This document shows, piece by piece, positions 9,361 to 17,957 of a DNA stretch of 64,000 bases. The stretch is from an uncultured Acidobacteriota bacterium (GTDB lineage Bacteria > Acidobacteriota > Terriglobia > Bryobacterales > Bryobacteraceae). Position 1 is the stretch's first letter. Every line of letters begins with the position of its first letter. Where the stretch lies: contig CAWACP010000007.1 in the NCBI GenBank assembly GCA_963780655.1, forward strand, positions 247,270 through 311,269, in the 5' to 3' direction. The notes under the pieces were generated by a model. The model had not been told where the DNA came from. It saw only the letters and a program-made list of their open reading frames with translations, and ran no database searches. The translations under genes and the position numbers were made by a program.

Positions 9361-9786
9361 ATGGACACCACCGAGCACGATCTCAAACTGCTTTCCATCG
9401 GCTACTTTATCCAGGGCGGTATCGCAGCCTTCTACTCGCTTCTGGCCCTCTGTTACGTGGGCTTCATAGGCTTTGTCTTCACGGCCATCCAGAGCGCCGC
9501 CGAGCGCAATGGGCAGAACCCGCTGCCCCGGGGAATTCTGCCGTTGATTGAAGCGATCCTGACGGCAATGTTGCTTGTAACCGTTGCTTATGCCGTCTGC
9601 CTGCTGTACACCGGATACTGGCTACGCAGAAGAGCGCACCGGACGTTCCTGCTGGTGGTGGGTGCCCTGAGCTGCCTCGCTGTACCCTACGGAACAGTGC
9701 TCGGCATCTTCACCTTCATGGTGCTCCAGCGACCCGTTGCCAGAACCATGTTTGGCGAGGCGCCCGCGCCCCCGCCGCTGCCCTGA
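9361..9786 (+). CDS. hypothetical integral membrane protein (about 4 TM segments)
   Basis: ATG at 9361 (MDTTEHDLKLLSIGYF...) chosen because the track ORF start at 9250 lies inside the MITE. Hydrophobic segments run throughout. Confidence 0.55.
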   Translation: MDTTEHDLKLLSIGYFIQGGIAAFYSLLALCYVGFIGFVFTAIQSAAERNGQNPLPRGILPLIEAILTAMLLVTVAYAVCLLYTGYWLRRRAHRTFLLVVGALSCLAVPYGTVLGIFTFMVLQRPVARTMFGEAPAPPPLP

Positions 9787-9788
9787 TT

Positions 9789-11867
9789 ATGCTCACTTCG
9801 GTACGGCTATCCATTGGAACGATCGCTTTGACGGCGTGCGCCTGGTCCGCACCCGGCCCGGGCTTCGTCGATGCCAGCCGGGAGGAACTGCTGAAGGCCG
9901 CCCCTGAATTGAGCGCGCTCCAGTTCGACTCCGACCAAAGCACGTTAGATCCGCTGCTGCGCACCGCGGGCGCGCGGCTCGAGAGCATGCTCGCGAACTT
10001 TATCAGCGTCTCGTTCGCCGAGGACGTGCACGAGATGCGGTTCGACAACGCGCCAAAGACGTGGACCGACCATCGCGATCGCTTCCGCTATGTGGTGCAG
10101 GTTCGCCCTTTCGCGGAAATACGGAGGCAGGCGACAGGCGATGAGGCGCAGCCGAATGCGCCGAGCGCTTTTCTCATATCGGGGGGGTTCATGGCAATCC
10201 TCGGCGACCTGCTGCTGGAGAATCAGAGCCAGTCGCGCTTCCGCTATCTCGGGGTCCTGGCAGAAGGCGGGCAGCGGAGTCTTGTTGTGGCCTTCGCTGC
10301 GAAGGACGAGTCGAGGCAAGGTCTGGTGTGGCTGGATGAGGCGACCGGGCGGGTTCTGCGCTGGCGCACGGATTTCCTGAGGCCTCCGCCCGGGCAGGAA
10401 CTGGACAACTTCAGCCGTGATGTCCGCTTCACGACCGTGAAATTCTCAAACGTTGAGACGCCGCTGTGGCTGCCGACGAGCGCCACCGTGGACGCGCGTT
10501 TTGTCGGCGGAGAGCTCCACACCGTGCATCGGTTCTCCGACTACCGGGTGGACGGATCCGAAAAAGATACGGGAGATCCGCAGGGGCCAGCGGCATGGGA
10601 CGAAGACGCGAAGGAGGCGCTGCTTCGCCGACCAGCGGCTCCGAAACCCACCGAGCCGGCGTCCGAGGCGATCATCAGGGTTAATGTGCGGCAGGTGCTC
10701 GTTCCCGTAGTGGTCACCGATAAGGAAGGCCATCACGTCACCGGACTGACGCAGGCGGATTTCCGCATTTCCGAAGACGGGGTGGAGCAGAAGATCACCG
10801 CATTCTCGAGTGAGCGGGCGGATATCGGCAGCCCCGCGGTTCCCGGCGCGGAGCCGGGTGCGAAGGGTCCCCCAACGGTCGGCCGCAAACCTCTCGCCAC
10901 GCGGCATACATTCGTTATCTGCGTGGATACGATGCACGCCTCCTTTGCCAACTTCGTGCATGTTCGGGAAGCGCTGCAGAAGCTCTTTCAACAGGAGCAG
11001 GCGGGGGACTCGCACTACGCGGTGATCGCGCTGGGGCAAAACCTCGAGGTCATCCAGGACGCAACTTCCGACCCGTCCAGGATTCTCGAAACTCTCGGCG
11101 CCGGCAAATTTCGCAAGACGTTCCTGCAGGGGCAGAGAGGCTCACTGCAATCCGAGGCCTCTTCCTACGAGCGCGACCTGCGGGACGTCCGGGAGTTGTG
11201 CGACGCGGGCGATATCAGCTGTCCCTCGCGGAAACAGGGACTGCGGAGCCAGGCGAATTCGCTGGCCGAACAGGAGCGGCTCAGCATCGCACAATTCCTG
11301 AGGGAACTGCGGGCCGTGGTTGATCAACTGGCGCGCGACGGCGGCCGGCGTACGCTGGTCCTCATCTCCGATGGTTTTTCGCTGACACCCGGCGAGACCT
11401 CGTATCCGCTTCTCGAAGCGTACTTCCCGGAATTTCGCTCGAGCCGGCCAGTGGAGCGAATGCAGGATGCCATTGAGCCGGTGTTCAGGATCGCCGCGAA
11501 GGCCAATGTGACCATCGACACGATCGACTCCCGCGGGCTCTACACTTCTCCGGCCATGGATGCGTCGCGAAGCATCAGCGGATCGGTCGCGCCGCAAATG
11601 GATCGCGCGCTGAACGACATCGCCACCGACTCGGGGATGACGCTCTCCGAAATCGCCGCGGCCACGGGCGGAACGGCTTACCGAAACAGCAACGATCTGT
11701 TTGCCGGCCTCCAGCGAGCCTTCGCGGACGGGCGTGAATACTACATGCTGGCCTACGTCCCAACGAATGAAGCGCAGGACGGCAAATTCCGAAAGATCGA
11801 TGTGACGGTGCGCAACAGCAGGGCCGTGGTGAGTGCGAAACGCGGCTACTGGGCGCCTTCGCCGTAA
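9789..11867 (+). CDS. VWFA-related (acidobacterial-type, TIGR03436-like) domain protein, secreted
   Basis: 692 aa. Family-typical block IRVNVRQVLVPVVVTDKEGHHVTGLTQADFRISEDGVEQKITAFS, followed by a VWA-like region and C-terminal KFRKIDVTVRN. Confidence 0.65.
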   Translation: MLTSVRLSIGTIALTACAWSAPGPGFVDASREELLKAAPELSALQFDSDQSTLDPLLRTAGARLESMLANFISVSFAEDVHEMRFDNAPKTWTDHRDRFRYVVQVRPFAEIRRQATGDEAQPNAPSAFLISGGFMAILGDLLLENQSQSRFRYLGVLAEGGQRSLVVAFAAKDESRQGLVWLDEATGRVLRWRTDFLRPPPGQELDNFSRDVRFTTVKFSNVETPLWLPTSATVDARFVGGELHTVHRFSDYRVDGSEKDTGDPQGPAAWDEDAKEALLRRPAAPKPTEPASEAIIRVNVRQVLVPVVVTDKEGHHVTGLTQADFRISEDGVEQKITAFSSERADIGSPAVPGAEPGAKGPPTVGRKPLATRHTFVICVDTMHASFANFVHVREALQKLFQQEQAGDSHYAVIALGQNLEVIQDATSDPSRILETLGAGKFRKTFLQGQRGSLQSEASSYERDLRDVRELCDAGDISCPSRKQGLRSQANSLAEQERLSIAQFLRELRAVVDQLARDGGRRTLVLISDGFSLTPGETSYPLLEAYFPEFRSSRPVERMQDAIEPVFRIAAKANVTIDTIDSRGLYTSPAMDASRSISGSVAPQMDRALNDIATDSGMTLSEIAAATGGTAYRNSNDLFAGLQRAFADGREYYMLAYVPTNEAQDGKFRKIDVTVRNSRAVVSAKRGYWAPSP

Positions 11868-11884
11868 CAAGCCCAACCGCTCCC

Positions 11885-12931
11885 TCACGGTCGCGGCTCA
11901 GTTCCGAGCCGCCCCTGCTGCGTATATAACTCCGCAGCCTTGCTGCGCAGCATAGGCGCAAGAGCGGCCGTGTAACGCGCCGCGCCCTGAGCATTCAGGT
12001 GGAAGCCGTCCTGCTTGAAATCGGCGGCGGAGAGCGATTCCGAAGCGAGGGGCAGGAGGACCGGTACTCCCGCGCGCGCACCCGCTTCGGTCAGATACAG
12101 GGCGTTGTGCGCGTCCAGACTGGCCGGGATAATGAACACAAACCGTCCGCCTCCGCCGTGAACCATGTCATCCAGGGCTCGCAACCGCTGAGCTGCGGCG
12201 GCAACTACACGCTCGCGATCGGGCAGGACAGGCCCGTGCGCGGGAACCATATAACGGAGAAGCTGCGGCATCACCGGGACCGTTCTCGCAAGCAGCACAT
12301 TGCGCGTTTCCGAGCGGGTTCCGTAAAACGCGCTCACGCTGCCCAGCAACAGGGAGAATGTCGCGGTGGGCGAGAGGTGCGCATCCCGTGACGCTCTCCA
12401 GAAATCCCGGGTACGCATCATGCGATACGCGAAATAGTCGCCACGGATGTTGTCGTCCGACATTTGCTCGGCATTCAGGCTGAGAGCGACGATACCCGGA
12501 TGCACGCCGGCGCCATAGAATCTTCGCAGCCCGTAGTACCAGTCGAGGTACTGCGTTTGCTCCATGATGTATCGAACAGCGCGGAAATCAGGCGCCAGCG
12601 TTTGCCGCAGCGCCGGGAAATCAACGCCTTCCTCGAGCAACGAGTTGCCCAGCGCAAGGACGGTCCTGCCCGCCTCGGGATTTCCGCGCAGCGCCATTAC
12701 GCCGCGGTATTCGCGTTCCGCCAGGCCTTCGATACGGCTCAGGCGGCCCAATCCGAAACGTACGCCCAGTTCCACTACCAGGAACAGGCCGGCGATGGAA
12801 GCCAGCAGCACCACCCAGGGTGCGATTCGGGGCCGCGTCCGGGGCTTGCTTTCGGCAGGTCTGGTAACGAGTATGGACACGATTCGCGGCTGCGGTTCAG
12901 AACCGGAAATAGATAAACGCTGCGCCGACAT
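11885..12931 (-). CDS. membrane-anchored SGNH/GDSL-like protein, likely partner of the adjacent MBOAT
   Basis: 348 aa. N-terminal TM segment, GNSLLEEG (block I-like), DGFHLN (DxxH block V-like). Overlaps the MBOAT stop. Alternative GTG start at 12880. Confidence 0.5.
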   Translation of the reverse strand: MSAQRLSISGSEPQPRIVSILVTRPAESKPRTRPRIAPWVVLLASIAGLFLVVELGVRFGLGRLSRIEGLAEREYRGVMALRGNPEAGRTVLALGNSLLEEGVDFPALRQTLAPDFRAVRYIMEQTQYLDWYYGLRRFYGAGVHPGIVALSLNAEQMSDDNIRGDYFAYRMMRTRDFWRASRDAHLSPTATFSLLLGSVSAFYGTRSETRNVLLARTVPVMPQLLRYMVPAHGPVLPDRERVVAAAAQRLRALDDMVHGGGGRFVFIIPASLDAHNALYLTEAGARAGVPVLLPLASESLSAADFKQDGFHLNAQGAARYTAALAPMLRSKAAELYTQQGRLGTEPRP

Positions 12932-14306
12932 TGGCAGAGAAAGCGATCACCGCCAGAACCAGCGCAAGCCCGGCCGCCACGCGAGACAGCTCAGGCGCCC
13001 TCTGAAACACGTACTCCTCTCCACGGTACTCCAGCATGAGGTCAAGCAGAAATAGCGGAATCGTGAATACCGCGATAAACGCCAGCGCGGCGCCGAAATC
13101 CGGGCCGAACCGCAACCGGCCGACTCCCGCCAGAAAGTCGAGCGCCGCGCTCATGTTTTGCGCGCGGAAGAAGATCCACGCGAGACAAACCAGGTGGAAT
13201 ATGACGATCCGCGAGAACCAGGTTTCCACGGCTGAAGACCGGCTCAGCATGTCGCGGCCCTTCGCGAACCAGCGCTCCATGGACAGACCAACGCCGTGCA
13301 GGGCGCCCCAGACGACGAACGTCCAGTTCGCCCCGTGCCACAGCCCGCCAAGCAGCATGGTGACCATCAGATTGCGGTAGGTCTTCAGCTCTCCCTTGCG
13401 ATTGCCGCCGAGCGGGATGTACAGATAATCGCGCAGCCAGGTGCTGAGACTGATATGCCAGCGCCTCCAGAAATCCTGCAGGCTGACCGCCAGGTAAGGC
13501 TGCCGGAAATTCACCATGAAATGGAAGCCCACAAGTTGGGCGCTTCCACGGGCTATATCGCTGTAGCCGCTGAAATCGGCGTAGATCTGCCAGGCGAAGG
13601 CGTAGGTCCCGATGAGCACTACTCCGAGGTTCGGCTCGCCCATTCGCCCCGAGAACGCGGCGTCGGCCATCTTGGCGCAGTTATCGGCCACCACGCACTT
13701 GCGGAACAAGCCCGAAAGAATCAGCATCAGTCCGTCGAAGAACCGCTCGCTGTCGAACCGGCGCGGGCGCTGTACCTGCGGGAGGAGGTGCGACGGGCGT
13801 TGTATGGGACCGGCCACCAGGTGCGGGAACAAGCTGATGAACAGGGCGTAGTCGATGAAAGACCGCGATGGCTCCAGCTTGCGGTGGTACACATCCACGA
13901 TGTAAGCCACGGCCTGGAAAGTGTAGAAGGAGATGCCGGGCGGCAGGATAATCTGCAGGAATGTCGGCCTAAGGCCGACGCCGACGTGCGCCAGCGAGAA
14001 AGACAGCGAGTCCGCGAAGAAGTTGAAGTACTTGAAGAAGCCGAGAAAACCGAAGTTCACCACCAGCGAGATGGTCAGGAGGATGCGGCGGCGCGCCGCG
14101 TTATCGGACGAAGCGATGTAGCGCGCCGCGAAAAAGTCGACAACGGTGGAAGTGAAGATGAGAAAGAGGAAGCGCCAGTCCCACCAGCCGTAGAAAAAAT
14201 AGCTGGCAACGAGCAGGAGTATGTTCTGCTGGTAGCGCCCGAAACGCCAGTACAACAGAACGACGATGGCCAGGAAGAAGAAGTAAACCGGGGTATCGAA
14301 AAACAT
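12897..14306 (-). CDS. MBOAT family O-acyltransferase (AlgI/DltB-like)
   Basis: 469 aa, polytopic. Conserved WRRWHISLSTWLRDYLYIPLGGNR and GLWHGANW motifs, including the catalytic His region. Confidence 0.85.
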   Translation of the reverse strand: MFFDTPVYFFFLAIVVLLYWRFGRYQQNILLLVASYFFYGWWDWRFLFLIFTSTVVDFFAARYIASSDNAARRRILLTISLVVNFGFLGFFKYFNFFADSLSFSLAHVGVGLRPTFLQIILPPGISFYTFQAVAYIVDVYHRKLEPSRSFIDYALFISLFPHLVAGPIQRPSHLLPQVQRPRRFDSERFFDGLMLILSGLFRKCVVADNCAKMADAAFSGRMGEPNLGVVLIGTYAFAWQIYADFSGYSDIARGSAQLVGFHFMVNFRQPYLAVSLQDFWRRWHISLSTWLRDYLYIPLGGNRKGELKTYRNLMVTMLLGGLWHGANWTFVVWGALHGVGLSMERWFAKGRDMLSRSSAVETWFSRIVIFHLVCLAWIFFRAQNMSAALDFLAGVGRLRFGPDFGAALAFIAVFTIPLFLLDLMLEYRGEEYVFQRAPELSRVAAGLALVLAVIAFSANVGAAFIYFRF

Positions 14307-14388
14307 TCGCCCGCTGCCCGGCCGCAGGCCGGAAAGCCGAAACTATAGCACAACGCGCGCGCGCCAGTCGTGCCGCGGCAGCAAGCGT

Positions 14389-15840
14389 TCAGGCGATGTC
14401 GACCTTCTTTTTCGCGGCCAGCGACTCTATATAGCTCTGCTCGGACTTCGCGAGCCGATTCAGATAATCCTGCTCGCTCATGTCCTTGCCCATGCTCTCA
14501 ATTTCGCTGAAATTGACGCGGCGCTCTTCCCTCATGCACAGATTGGACAGCATCACCGCGATGGAATCGTTGAGGCCGATGTCCAGATTGGCGTTGGGAC
14601 GGCCGCCGTTCCGGCAGTTATTGAAGTACGACAGCATCTCGGTCTCCACCGGGTTCGCATCCTCATCATCGGTCATCACGCCTTTGCTGTAGAGCCAGCG
14701 CTTCGCGAATTTCAGCTCGCGGTCGAGGAACGAATCGTTGCCGGTGACGTCAAGACCGCCCGTGGCCACGGCGAGCGGCATTGCTTTTTGCCCGCCGCCA
14801 AGAGCATAAGTGGCGCCTGCGGCAACGGGCTTCTCTTTCTGTCCGGGCAGCGGCGGAGGCGACGAACTGACCTTCGACGTCTCCTTGTAGAACAGGGCCG
14901 TCGGCATGGTGAGCTCGCCGTCCCCCACCGTGAGTTCCAGCGACCCGCCCGTACCCATGATCAACTCACCGAACTCCGGCCGCGTGCTGTCGAAGTAAGG
15001 CAGGTGCGAATTGGTAGTAATGGAGCTGTAGACCAGCTTCTGATTGTTCGGGTACTTGTAGATGAGCTGGATGTTATCGAATACGTCGCGGCCGTCCTTC
15101 CACGTGTCCAGACCGCCAACGCCCATGACGTATTCCGGGGCCGCGCCGAAGATCCACTCGGCGATATCCACCTGATGGGAGGCCAGCTCAGCCGCCAGGC
15201 CGCCCGAGTATTCGCGGTACAACCGCCAGTTAAACCCGCGCATCACCCAGCCGGGATTGCGATGCCACTGCGCATGAATGTGGGTCACGTTGCCGAGCAG
15301 ACCCTTGTCCACCATCTGTTTCGCGATCTGGTAGAACTTGCTGTACCTGCGCTGCAGCCCCACCTGCAGCACCTGTTTCGAGCGCTCGTTTGCCAGGGCG
15401 CGCAGTGCGTGCACCTCATAAGGCGTGAACACGAGACTCTTTTCACAGAAGGTGTGGCGGCCGGACAGGAGGGAGTCGCGCGTGATTCTGTAGTGATAGA
15501 ACAGCGGCACCGCGATGATGACGGCTTCCACGTTCTTGTCGGCGAGCAGCTGGTTATAGTCCGTGTATTTCGCGGGATTCGTGCCGATCAACTGCGCGGC
15601 GCGATTCACCTTGTCGCTGTCGAGATCGCACACGGCGACGCAGCGTCCGTTATTCACGTTGCGCAGATGCTTCAGGAGATAAGAGCCGCGGCCACCGACT
15701 CCGATGATGCCGTAGGCGACGGTGTCGTTGGCGGCTTTCACGGTCTGGATGGCGGGGGCTTCGATGAGAACCGCGGCAGCTCCGGCCGCTGCGGCGGCCT
15801 TGATCACATCGCGGCGGGAAAGGTCGGTGGAATCGGACAT
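14389..15840 (-). CDS. Gfo/Idh/MocA family oxidoreductase with twin-arginine signal
   Basis: Start taken at ATG 15840 (MSDSTDLSRRDVIKAAAAAGAAAV, Tat-like). Rossmann motif YGIIGVGGRG. The track ORF extends to 15912, across a repeat. Confidence 0.75.
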   Translation of the reverse strand: MSDSTDLSRRDVIKAAAAAGAAAVLIEAPAIQTVKAANDTVAYGIIGVGGRGSYLLKHLRNVNNGRCVAVCDLDSDKVNRAAQLIGTNPAKYTDYNQLLADKNVEAVIIAVPLFYHYRITRDSLLSGRHTFCEKSLVFTPYEVHALRALANERSKQVLQVGLQRRYSKFYQIAKQMVDKGLLGNVTHIHAQWHRNPGWVMRGFNWRLYREYSGGLAAELASHQVDIAEWIFGAAPEYVMGVGGLDTWKDGRDVFDNIQLIYKYPNNQKLVYSSITTNSHLPYFDSTRPEFGELIMGTGGSLELTVGDGELTMPTALFYKETSKVSSSPPPLPGQKEKPVAAGATYALGGGQKAMPLAVATGGLDVTGNDSFLDRELKFAKRWLYSKGVMTDDEDANPVETEMLSYFNNCRNGGRPNANLDIGLNDSIAVMLSNLCMREERRVNFSEIESMGKDMSEQDYLNRLAKSEQSYIESLAAKKKVDIA

Positions 15841-15876
15841 GGATGACGCCTCTGAACCGAGTGTATAACGATCCCC

Positions 15877-15908
15877 GTGGGGCAGACGATCGGGTTTCGT
15901 CGTCTGCC
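15877..15908. repeat. single arm (half copy) of the 84-bp palindromic repeat, copy B
   Basis: gtggggcagacgatcgggtttcgtcgtctgcc. 9-bp stem ggcagacga/tcgtctgcc. Intergenic between 15840 and 15916. Confidence 0.85.
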
Positions 15909-15915
15909 TCATCCG

Positions 15916-17355
15916 TCACCGTTTCAGCGGGTCTTCCACTTCCGGCGGCGTCGCCTCGATCAGCCGCCCGAGTTCCGGCTCGACTTCTTCCATCCGCTTC
16001 TTCATTTCCCACGCGATGCGCCGGTAACTGAAGTGGCCCTTCACGCCCGAGCGCAGCCGCGAGATGTATTCGGCCTCGGCGAAATCCATCTTGAAGAGGA
16101 AGCGCGAGCGAGTGGCGAACGGATACAGATAGTGCGCGGTCGGGTGCGGCAGGCCGGAGGCTGTCGCGTACGCGGAGGCCATCGCATCCTCGTAGATCTT
16201 CGCCGCGCCCGCGTCGGGAATTGCCTCCGGCTTCTCATAACCCAGCGATGCCGTGAAGCTCTGGCGATACTGCTGGCAACGGCGATGCCGGTGAAAATCG
16301 CGATATGCGCCGATGTCCATGACAATGTCGTACGCGTAGAGATTGCCCCGGAATTCGCGCAGTAGCTCGTCCCGGCGCGTGCGCGACTGGAGAGCGACAT
16401 CCATCACCTCCGCGCGCTGCGCCGCGCTCCACGCGCGCGCGAGTTCGTACAGCTCGCGGAACGGCCGATCCGTCACCGGATAGAGCAGCGTGGCGACGAT
16501 GTCGGCCGGCGTGTCTGCCGGGTGCACCAGATCGACTGAGGTGGCGCGCGCCGTCTCAGCGTGTGCGCCGAGGTTCTGCGAAGCCCAGAGCGCCAGATCG
16601 CGCCGCGACTGCGCCAGGTGCTCGTCGGTATCCACGTAGCGCGCCAGAGTCGGCGCGAGCGGCTCGGCCTGCCCGGCATCCCAGACACACTCAGGCGGAG
16701 CGGCGCAGGCGCTGGCGATCTCGTCGGCAAGCTGCCGAACCTCACCGTACTCACTGGCCTTCAGACGCCGGATCTGCCGTTCCAGCGTGCGGATGCTGGT
16801 CACCTGTCCAACGCCCGTGGGAATGCCAAAGGGCAGCAGATAGCGAGCCACATCGAACGCACGCGCGGCGATGTTGCGGCGGTACGCGTCGGGCTTCATC
16901 GGCTCCGGCCGCGGCAGGCGCTCGGAAAGATAATCCACGATGAGCGCGTGGACGGAGTTGTACGCCGCCAGCAGCCCGGCCGCTGCGCGCCGATACGCTT
17001 CGGCGTGGCCGCCATCGAGCTCCGGAGGAACCACCACGCCCGACCGGCCGAAATCCTGATACCGCGACGAGCGCGCCTGGCCGTCCCACACCTGCTCGTC
17101 CTCGGCCTCCGTCGCCGCAATCTCGGAGATGCCTTCGAAACACATCACCACATGGCCGAGGTCGGCGATGGAGCCGTGCCCATACTGGAAATAGAAGCTC
17201 TCCAGGAACTTCGCCGAATCGTGCGTGCGCACCCACTCGATGGATTGCCGAATCGAATCAGGCGAGCGGCTGTAACGAGCGAGGGCGTAGGCGCACTTTT
17301 CCGGCGGCATGGGCGCGACCGTGAGCACGCGCTTCGACGAATTCTCCTCGGGCAA
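15916..17355 (-). CDS. thyX: long-form ThyX-like (thymidylate synthase complementing protein family) protein
   Basis: 479 aa. ARYSRS and [12 protein letters not shown] (RHR-type ThyX motif region), [12 protein letters not shown]. Divergent neighbour of dut. TTG start at 17355; alternative ATG at 17310. Confidence 0.55.
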   Translation of the reverse strand: MPEENSSKRVLTVAPMPPEKCAYALARYSRSPDSIRQSIEWVRTHDSAKFLESFYFQYGHGSIADLGHVVMCFEGISEIAATEAEDEQVWDGQARSSRYQDFGRSGVVVPPELDGGHAEAYRRAAAGLLAAYNSVHALIVDYLSERLPRPEPMKPDAYRRNIAARAFDVARYLLPFGIPTGVGQVTSIRTLERQIRRLKASEYGEVRQLADEIASACAAPPECVWDAGQAEPLAPTLARYVDTDEHLAQSRRDLALWASQNLGAHAETARATSVDLVHPADTPADIVATLLYPVTDRPFRELYELARAWSAAQRAEVMDVALQSRTRRDELLREFRGNLYAYDIVMDIGAYRDFHRHRRCQQYRQSFTASLGYEKPEAIPDAGAAKIYEDAMASAYATASGLPHPTAHYLYPFATRSRFLFKMDFAEAEYISRLRSGVKGHFSYRRIAWEMKKRMEEVEPELGRLIEATPPEVEDPLKR

Positions 17356-17376
17356 GACGCTATGATAGCGGATTCA

Positions 17377-17808
17377 ATGCGCGTGAAAATCAAACGGCTC
17401 ACAGCGGAAGCGGTGCTGCCGAAATACGCCCATGGGGCCGACGAAGACGCGGGCATGGACCTGCAGGCAACCGCCGATGTGACGCTCGCTCCCGGCGTTC
17501 CGGCGATGGTTCCCACCGGGCTCGCCATCGAGCTGCCGCCCGGCTACGAGGCGCAGATCCGCCCACGCAGCGGCCTGGCGGCGAAACACGCGATAACTCT
17601 GCCCAACGCGCCCGCCACCATCGACCCCGGCTATCGCGGTGAGATCCGCGTCATCCTTCTGAACCTCGGAAAGGCCGACTACACCATCCACAAGGGCGAC
17701 CGCATCGCGCAGATGGTCATCGCGCGTTACGAGCCGGTGGAGTGGGACGAAGGCGAACTGGGCGAGAGCGCGCGCGGCGCGGGCGGCTTCGGATCGTCAG
17801 GCCGATAG
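17377..17808 (+). CDS. dut: dUTP diphosphatase
   Basis: C-terminal 143 aa of track ORF 16561..17808. [40 protein letters not shown] motifs. Alternative ATG at 17362. Confidence 0.9.
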   Translation: MRVKIKRLTAEAVLPKYAHGADEDAGMDLQATADVTLAPGVPAMVPTGLAIELPPGYEAQIRPRSGLAAKHAITLPNAPATIDPGYRGEIRVILLNLGKADYTIHKGDRIAQMVIARYEPVEWDEGELGESARGAGGFGSSGR

Positions 17809-17819
17809 GGAGAGTCCGT

Positions 17820-17903
17820 GTGGGGCAGACGATCGGTTTATGTCGTCTGCCTTTTCGAGTGCCCTGGCAATGGCAGACGACATAAACCGATCGTCTGCCC
17901 CAC
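17820..17903. repeat. 84-bp nested palindromic repeat, copy C (perfect arms)
   Basis: gtggggcagacgatcggtttatgtcgtctgcc - 20 nt - ggcagacgacataaaccgatcgtctgccccac. The arms are exact reverse complements. Lies between dut and uvrA. Confidence 0.9.
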
Positions 17904-17957
17904 GGAGTCCCCACCGGCTAAACTGGAGTAAAGCCCGCCGGCCGCTCGATACCAACC

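Noticed and set aside
16561-17376. Upstream 270 codons of the 415-aa ORF containing dut
   Set aside because: Antisense to the ThyX-like gene and Arg-rich. Only the C-terminal 143 aa match dUTPase.
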